This document shows positions 59,297 to 64,000 of a DNA stretch of 64,000 bases, in pieces. The DNA is taken from contig REEN01000064.1 of assembly GCA_007695015.1 (NCBI GenBank), forward strand, positions 1,087-65,086, written 5' to 3'. The position numbers and the translations under genes are program-made. The notes under the pieces are model-generated. The model ran no database searches. It had not been told where the DNA came from and worked only from the letters and a program-made list of their open reading frames with translations. This DNA comes from Marinilabiliales bacterium (GTDB lineage: Bacteria > Bacteroidota > Bacteroidia > Bacteroidales > PUMT01). Every line of letters starts with the position of its first letter. The first letter of the stretch is position 1.

Positions 59297-59923
59297 CTAC
59301 CTGCCATAAAAGACATGCACAAAACCGGTCTTGTTGTATGTGTCTTCCTGTGATGTGATAATATAATAATAGACACCAGGGCTGACCCTGGTTCCTGAAG
59401 GATTTCTGCCATCCCAGCTGATAACCGGAGAAGTGTGTTTATACACAATATTACCGGTACGGTCAAATACGGTTATTGAAAGCGGTGTGACCCCATCAGA
59501 CCTGACTATGAAATAGTCATTTATGCCGTCACCATCGGGAGTGAAAACATTCGGGACCTCAAAGACATCCTCAAGCGAAACCGGCATCACATCCGATACG
59601 AAAATCTGTAAAGGATCATTCCTGTCAGTGACTGTGACCGTGACATTGTAGGTGCCCATGATAGAATACCTGTGCATCTCGACCGGCCGGTGACCCGTGT
59701 TACCGTCGCCAAAATCCCATTCAAAAATGTAGCGCAGGGTGTCATCCATGCCGAATCGCACAGGGGGGCCTCCATCTTCATGAAAATAGGCGGTAAAAGT
59801 CACAAGATAGGAGGATATTCCGTCAACCTGGTAACCTGCAGAGACATACTCAATCTGAGCATTTAAAAGTGAGACAGGTGAAAGGAAGAAGAAGAGTGTC
59901 AGTGTCCTGAGGTAGTTATCCAT
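59297..59923 (-). CDS. small secreted PKD-domain protein with T9SS type-B C-terminal sorting domain
   Basis: 208 aa with signal ...LLNA|QIEY and PKD block FEWDFGDGNTGHRPVEMHRYSIMGTYNVTVTVTD. The CTD is VPNVFTPDGDGINDYF...VFDRTGNIVYK...WDGRNPSGTRVSPGVYYYII. Confidence 0.85.
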   Translation of the reverse strand: MDNYLRTLTLFFFLSPVSLLNAQIEYVSAGYQVDGISSYLVTFTAYFHEDGGPPVRFGMDDTLRYIFEWDFGDGNTGHRPVEMHRYSIMGTYNVTVTVTDRNDPLQIFVSDVMPVSLEDVFEVPNVFTPDGDGINDYFIVRSDGVTPLSITVFDRTGNIVYKHTSPVISWDGRNPSGTRVSPGVYYYIITSQEDTYNKTGFVHVFYGR

Positions 59924-59972
59924 TTCAAATCTGTTTTTTCATCCGGCTCCCGAATCCAGGTGCTGCAATTTA

Positions 59973-61097
59973 TCAAATTTTTTCGGTCAGCCGTTTAACA
60001 ACCTTGAAGTTATTGAAGAACTCCTTGGCAAATACCCTGATGACAGTATAGGTTGGTATTGCAAGAAACATCCCAATGATCCCCGCTGCCGTTCCCCCAA
60101 TCATGAGCACAAGGAATATTTCCATAGGGTGTGCATGAACGCTGGAGGCGTATATCAGCGGCTGGAAAACCATATTGTCAATAAGCTGCACAGTTACAAA
60201 AACTATCAGCATAAGTCCGAGTAACGGAAGCATCTCGGTATAAAATGAAAGCTCCAGGTGAGTAACAACCCCTATGAATATCCCTAGTGTCGCCCCTATT
60301 ACGGGTCCTATATAGGGAATAACGTTGAATACACCAACGAGAAGTCCGATCATCAGGGCATTGTTGAACCTGATGCCAACGATAAGCATCCCGGCGGTTA
60401 TCAAAATTATAATACACGTGATCTGGAGCAGGATGCCTATAAAATACCTCATAAGCAGGTATTTTATGGATGACATGGCATGAAGGACCGCACTCTCCTG
60501 ATGAGTGGGCACAAAAATCAGCAACCCCTGGAGAAACAACCGGTCATCCTTGAGAAAGAAAAAGGTCATAAAGGTTATGGCAAATGCGGCTATGAAAATA
60601 TTCCCCAGTAAGGTGGCCAGCGACCGGAATATGCTGGTAAAGAAATCTATGTTGAGTACCGAGTTTAGCTTTTCGGAAAAAAACTCCGGTATGCTTATAT
60701 CCCTGAATGCATCAAGTTCAAGTGTCATCATGAAAGCCTCAATACTCCTGATAGGCTCATCAAGATTATTCACCACGGCATCGGGATTAATATTTGCCAG
60801 CTCACTGGCCTGATAGGCAATTATCGGGACAAAAACGCGGAAGAAAAGCAAAACCGCACCCCAAATCAACAGAACTCCAAGAAGTGCGCTTATCCATCTG
60901 GGCACTTTCAGGCGTTGATACTTTACCCTGTCAAGCAGTTCCACTACCGGTCGTCCGATCAAAGAAAGCACAAAGCTTACCAGGATATAGAAAATTATTG
61001 CACGAAGGTACCAAAGGATCCAAAGTATTATTGCAACTCCTATTACAAGAGCAATATACTTTACAACTCCCTTTCCGGTTTCAGTCTGTGCTTCCAA
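59973..61097 (-). CDS. AI-2E family transporter (PerM/YhhT-like permease)
   Basis: 374 aa with ~8 TM helices and the family-typical ...IPYIGPVIGA... motif. The start appears to be TTG (61097), and there is no nearby in-frame ATG. Confidence 0.8.
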   Translation of the reverse strand: MEAQTETGKGVVKYIALVIGVAIILWILWYLRAIIFYILVSFVLSLIGRPVVELLDRVKYQRLKVPRWISALLGVLLIWGAVLLFFRVFVPIIAYQASELANINPDAVVNNLDEPIRSIEAFMMTLELDAFRDISIPEFFSEKLNSVLNIDFFTSIFRSLATLLGNIFIAAFAITFMTFFFLKDDRLFLQGLLIFVPTHQESAVLHAMSSIKYLLMRYFIGILLQITCIIILITAGMLIVGIRFNNALMIGLLVGVFNVIPYIGPVIGATLGIFIGVVTHLELSFYTEMLPLLGLMLIVFVTVQLIDNMVFQPLIYASSVHAHPMEIFLVLMIGGTAAGIIGMFLAIPTYTVIRVFAKEFFNNFKVVKRLTEKI

Positions 61098-61261
61098 TGG
61101 TCATCCCTTTATTGATTCCGGCCGGGCTAAACACCCTGCACCGGAGGCGTAAGATACAAAAATAACTTTCAAATTGGCTCACAGAGCTAACCCGTTTTTT
61201 AAAATGGCGAGTATTTTCCTGAAGGTTTGCTTATCTTCGTGAGCCAAATTTGCAGTATCAT

Positions 61262-62176
61262 ATGATTGAGACACATGCAGGAGAACTGTCGGCACTTATG
61301 GCGGCAATTTTCTGGACTTTTACCGCACTGGCATTTGAATCAGCAGGCAAAAGGATAGGTTCAATAACCGTAAATCTTGTGCGGCTGTTTATGGCCTTCA
61401 TATTCCTGGGAATATTCACCTTCTTCAGCAGTGGTACGTTTTTCCCGGTTGGTGCAACCACACATAACTGGATATGGCTCTCATTGTCAGGATTTGTCGG
61501 TTTTGTTCTGGGCGACCTTTTCCTTTTCAGGGCATATGTCGTGGTGGGTGCCAGGGTATCGATGCTCATCATGTCACTTGCACCGCCGATAGCGGCAATA
61601 GTGGGTTGGCTTATTATGGGTGAGACCATGACCCTGAGAAGCCTGGCAGGCATGTTTGTGACAATTACAGGTATCGCCCTGGTCGTTTTGACAAGGAAAA
61701 GTGATGACCTTCCCGGGATGCCCGGAAGAAAGATTCGCTTCAATTATCCTGCAGCGGGCATTCTTCTCGCGTTCGGCGGGGCAGCCGGGCAGGCGACGGG
61801 ACTGGTCCTCAGCAAGTACGGAATGGACGGCTATGACGCATTTGCGGCTACCCAGATCAGGGTAATCACCGGGTTTTTCGGTTTCACGGTTATATTCACC
61901 ATGCTGCGCCGTTGGTACCGGCTTATGCCTGCACTCCGGAACGGGCCTGCCATGGCCCGTGTCTCTGTCGGAGCATTTTTCGGGCCTTTCCTTGGAGTCT
62001 CTTTTTCCCTGCTTGCCGTAAAATACACTTCATCGGGAATTGCTGCCACAATCATGAGCATCGTTCCTGTACTGATCATTCCCTTCTCAATATTCATGTT
62101 CAGGGAGAAAATAACCCCCAGGGAAGTGGTTGGAGCATTCGTGGCAATAGCCGGCGTTGCACTGTTCTTTTTGTAG
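61262..62176 (+). CDS. DMT-superfamily (EamA-like) transporter
   Basis: 10-TM protein with two EamA-type halves. ATG 61262 is preferred over TTG 61250. Confidence 0.8.
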   Translation: MIETHAGELSALMAAIFWTFTALAFESAGKRIGSITVNLVRLFMAFIFLGIFTFFSSGTFFPVGATTHNWIWLSLSGFVGFVLGDLFLFRAYVVVGARVSMLIMSLAPPIAAIVGWLIMGETMTLRSLAGMFVTITGIALVVLTRKSDDLPGMPGRKIRFNYPAAGILLAFGGAAGQATGLVLSKYGMDGYDAFAATQIRVITGFFGFTVIFTMLRRWYRLMPALRNGPAMARVSVGAFFGPFLGVSFSLLAVKYTSSGIAATIMSIVPVLIIPFSIFMFREKITPREVVGAFVAIAGVALFFL

Positions 62177-62278
62177 CAGCATTTGCAGGCAAGAATAGCC
62201 GCAAAAAAATTCAGGACTTAATTACAATGATTCCCGGCCCGTATTACCAGGCAAGGCAGGGATAGCCTGCACAAAACT

Positions 62279-63496
62279 TCAGGCCGTTCTCTTTACCAGT
62301 TGCCTGCCGAATTCCCTTCCAAACTCTTTAAGCTCTTCTGCCTTACCTGCATGCGGAAAGAATTTTGAAGAAAAGCCTCCCTCAATGACATCAAGTTTAA
62401 GTCCTTTAAGGTTAGCTTCAACAATCTTCGCCGCCTCACCACTCCAGCCATATGAACCGAATGAGGCGGCCAGTTTGCCTTTGTCCCTTATAGGGTTAAT
62501 AAGGGCAAACAGCTTGTAAACAGGCAGGAGGGTGTTCTGGTTTATTGTCGGCGAGCCTACCAGAAGAGCATTGCAGCTGGTCAGCAGAGCATCTATCTCT
62601 CCGAGCGGCATATTCTCAATATCGGCCATCTCTATACTGATATCGCCGCCTGTCTCTCTTATCCCTTCCGCTATAAAGCCTGCCATCTGCTTTGTATAAC
62701 CATAGGCAGAGACATATGCAAGGAGTACATTCACTCCTTCCTGCTGCGATGATGCAAGGTACTCCGATGCGTACTGCTCTGAAAGGTCGACGTATTTCCT
62801 CCAGTCTGATCTCAGTATGGGTCCGTGACCTGTAGCGATAACTGCTATATCGAGCGGCCTTATCTTTTCGATTGCCTTCAGCATGAACTTGCTGTATGGC
62901 TTGAGGATAACATCAAAATAGTATTTGAAGGAATCGAGGTAGTCGGGTACCAGGTCATCGAACATCTCTTCAGTACAGAAATGTGCCCCGAATGAATCAC
63001 AGGTGAACAGCACTTTGTCCTCTACAAGATAGGTGTATATCGAGTCCGGCCAGTGCAGATTGGGAGCCGAAATAAATCTTAGTGTTTTGTTGCCAAGGTC
63101 AAGCACATCGCCATCCTTAACTTTCATACTTTTAAAAGGGAAAGGGACAATATCCTGCAGATACCTGATTGCATTTCCGCTGCCAACCACCGTCGCTTCC
63201 GGGGCAAGTTTAAGCAGGTTTGCCAGGTTCCCTGAATGATCAGGCTCAGTATGATCCAGGATTATATATTCAATTTCAGCAGGGTCGGTAACCTGCTGGA
63301 TCTTATAAAGCCAGGTATCCCAGAATTTTTCCTTGGTGGTTTCCACAACCGCCTTCTTTTCAGCGTTGATGAAATAGGAGTTATAGGTAGTGCCATATTT
63401 TGTTTCCATTACAATATCGAAAGTGACGATATCGCGGTCAAGGATTCCCATCCACTTCACATCGGGTGTTACATCAAGTACTTTATTATCCTTCAT
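62279..63496 (-). CDS. FprA-family flavodiiron protein (metallo-beta-lactamase-like + flavodoxin domains)
   Basis: 405 aa with di-iron motif [10 protein letters not shown] and a C-terminal flavodoxin-like domain ([16 protein letters not shown]...). Confidence 0.88.
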   Translation of the reverse strand: MKDNKVLDVTPDVKWMGILDRDIVTFDIVMETKYGTTYNSYFINAEKKAVVETTKEKFWDTWLYKIQQVTDPAEIEYIILDHTEPDHSGNLANLLKLAPEATVVGSGNAIRYLQDIVPFPFKSMKVKDGDVLDLGNKTLRFISAPNLHWPDSIYTYLVEDKVLFTCDSFGAHFCTEEMFDDLVPDYLDSFKYYFDVILKPYSKFMLKAIEKIRPLDIAVIATGHGPILRSDWRKYVDLSEQYASEYLASSQQEGVNVLLAYVSAYGYTKQMAGFIAEGIRETGGDISIEMADIENMPLGEIDALLTSCNALLVGSPTINQNTLLPVYKLFALINPIRDKGKLAASFGSYGWSGEAAKIVEANLKGLKLDVIEGGFSSKFFPHAGKAEELKEFGREFGRQLVKRTA

Positions 63497-63590
63497 TGCC
63501 AGGGTTTTTAATTAATCTGCACCCAGGGCTCTTGTAGCCATGAGGCGTATAAAATATTTACGGAAATACAAAATTAATAATTAGCACGCA

Positions 63591-63617
63591 AAAAAAAAGT
63601 CCCCCGAAAGAGGGACC
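63591..63617 (-). terminator. intrinsic terminator of the Cys-repeat ORF
   Basis: Minus strand reads GTCCCTCTTTCGGGGGAC followed by T8-9 (plus-strand a-run 63591-63598), ~55 nt after the TAG stop. A second perfect hairpin cccggtaaaattaccggg lies at 63635-63652. Confidence 0.75.
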
Positions 63618-63672
63618 TTAATTGATTAAGATTTCCCGGTAAAATTACCGGGCCTTTATGGCTCCTTTTAAA

Positions 63673-64000
63673 CTAGTTTCTCTCGGCAACAGTTGTTTTT
63701 CCAGTACTCTCTTCACTGCATCCGGAGTTTCCGGCAGTTGCCGTGGAAGTCTGACTTTTGCAGCAGGCTTCAGCGCTGTTCTGGCCGGCAGTCAGTGTTG
63801 CGGCGCTGCCTTCACAACCGGCAGCCTTCTCCTGGCCGGCAGTCAGTGTTGCGGCGCTGCCCTCACAACCGGCAGCCTTCTCCTGGCCGGCAGTCAGTGT
63901 TGCGGCACTGCCTTCACAACCGGCAGCCTTCTCCTGGCCGGCAGTCAGAACCACTTCATCACCTTCACAACCTGTCTGAGCTACAGCGGTTACACATTCG
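63673..64000 (-). CDS. C-terminal part of a low-complexity protein with 17-aa Cys-containing tandem repeats (5' end outside window)
   Basis: The frame is open from the window edge, reading ...ECVTAVAQTGCEGDEVVLTAGQEKAAGCEGSAA(TLTAGQEKAAGCEGSAA)x2 TLTAGQNSAEACCKSQTSTATAGNSGCSEESTGKTTVAERN*, with stop TAG at 63673-63675. The GTG start in the ORF track is probably internal. Confidence 0.6.
   Translation of the reverse strand, partial: ECVTAVAQTGCEGDEVVLTAGQEKAAGCEGSAATLTAGQEKAAGCEGSAATLTAGQEKAAGCEGSAATLTAGQNSAEACCKSQTSTATAGNSGCSEESTGKTTVAERN
63781..63933 (-). repeat. 51-nt tandem repeat x3 (plus a diverged 4th unit to ~63984)
   Basis: Units at 63781-63831, 63832-63882 and 63883-63933 differ by 1-2 substitutions. 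In frame, 17 codons each. Confidence 0.95.

Noticed and set aside
61881-61888. parS-like half site (gtttcacg) and a general search for TGTTTCACGTGAAACA
   Set aside because: Only a half-site inside the EamA coding region matches. No palindromic parS was seen in or near parAB within the window.
1-64000. Scan of all intergenic gaps for tRNA/rRNA genes, transposase/integrase remnants, inverted-repeat-flanked invertible promoters and defence genes
   Set aside because: I saw no T-loop-like GGTTCGAATCC motifs or cloverleaf-sized conserved blocks in the gaps, no IS-like terminal inverted repeats and no recombinase ORFs. The window appears free of mobile or accessory DNA.

Overview
This 64-kb window reads as core chromosome of an apparently anaerobic member of the Bacteroidota. 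I infer that from several signals: str-S10-spc-alpha gene order without tuf or adk, TAnnTTTG-type -7 boxes, T9SS type-B C-terminal sorting domains, and DUF4290-murA and parA-parB-DUF5683-mltD synteny. Gln at +1 of most signal peptides, hydF and fprA point the same way. Positions 1-17008 (minus strand) hold the complete ribosomal protein supercluster, rpsL-rpsG-fusA-rpsJ ... rplO-secY-map-infA-rpmJ-rpsM-rpsK-rpsD-rpoA (rpoA partial). From 17.4 to 38.5 kb come a GH3 glycosidase, an EF-G2-type paralog, an MscS channel, two small PKD/type-B-CTD proteins (one here, one near 59.3 kb), a UvrD/PcrA helicase, DUF4290-murA, TlpA, grpE-dnaJ, an ABC-2 exporter pair, Ppx/GppA, a sigma-54 activator and an aspartase-like lyase. 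From 38.5 to 54 kb come a YceI/beta-barrel/Rieske-lipoprotein operon, a 730-aa KamA-family radical SAM protein divergent from hydF, a repeat-bearing outer-membrane protein, an MBOAT+SGNH pair, a LysM lytic transglycosylase and DUF5683-parB-parA. From 54 to 64 kb come a lipid kinase, a PorV-like/HAD/glutaminyl-cyclase operon, pssA, chorismate mutase, AI-2E and EamA transporters, a flavodiiron protein and a truncated Cys-containing tandem-repeat ORF at the right edge. I saw no rRNA, tRNA, CRISPR array, transposase/integrase, phage or recognisable defence genes. This is mostly an ordinary housekeeping region, and I cannot point to a clear-cut novel multi-gene system. The best leads are: (1) the oversized KamA-like radical SAM gene paired with an orphan hydF; (2) the Cys-containing 17-aa tandem-repeat ORF at 63673-64000; (3) the Tat/lipobox/acidic-signal Rieske lipoprotein operon; (4) the 16-residue-repeat outer-membrane protein; (5) a recent 27-nt tandem expansion inside ribosomal protein L18. 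All family assignments come from motif recognition by eye. No database or HMM search was run.
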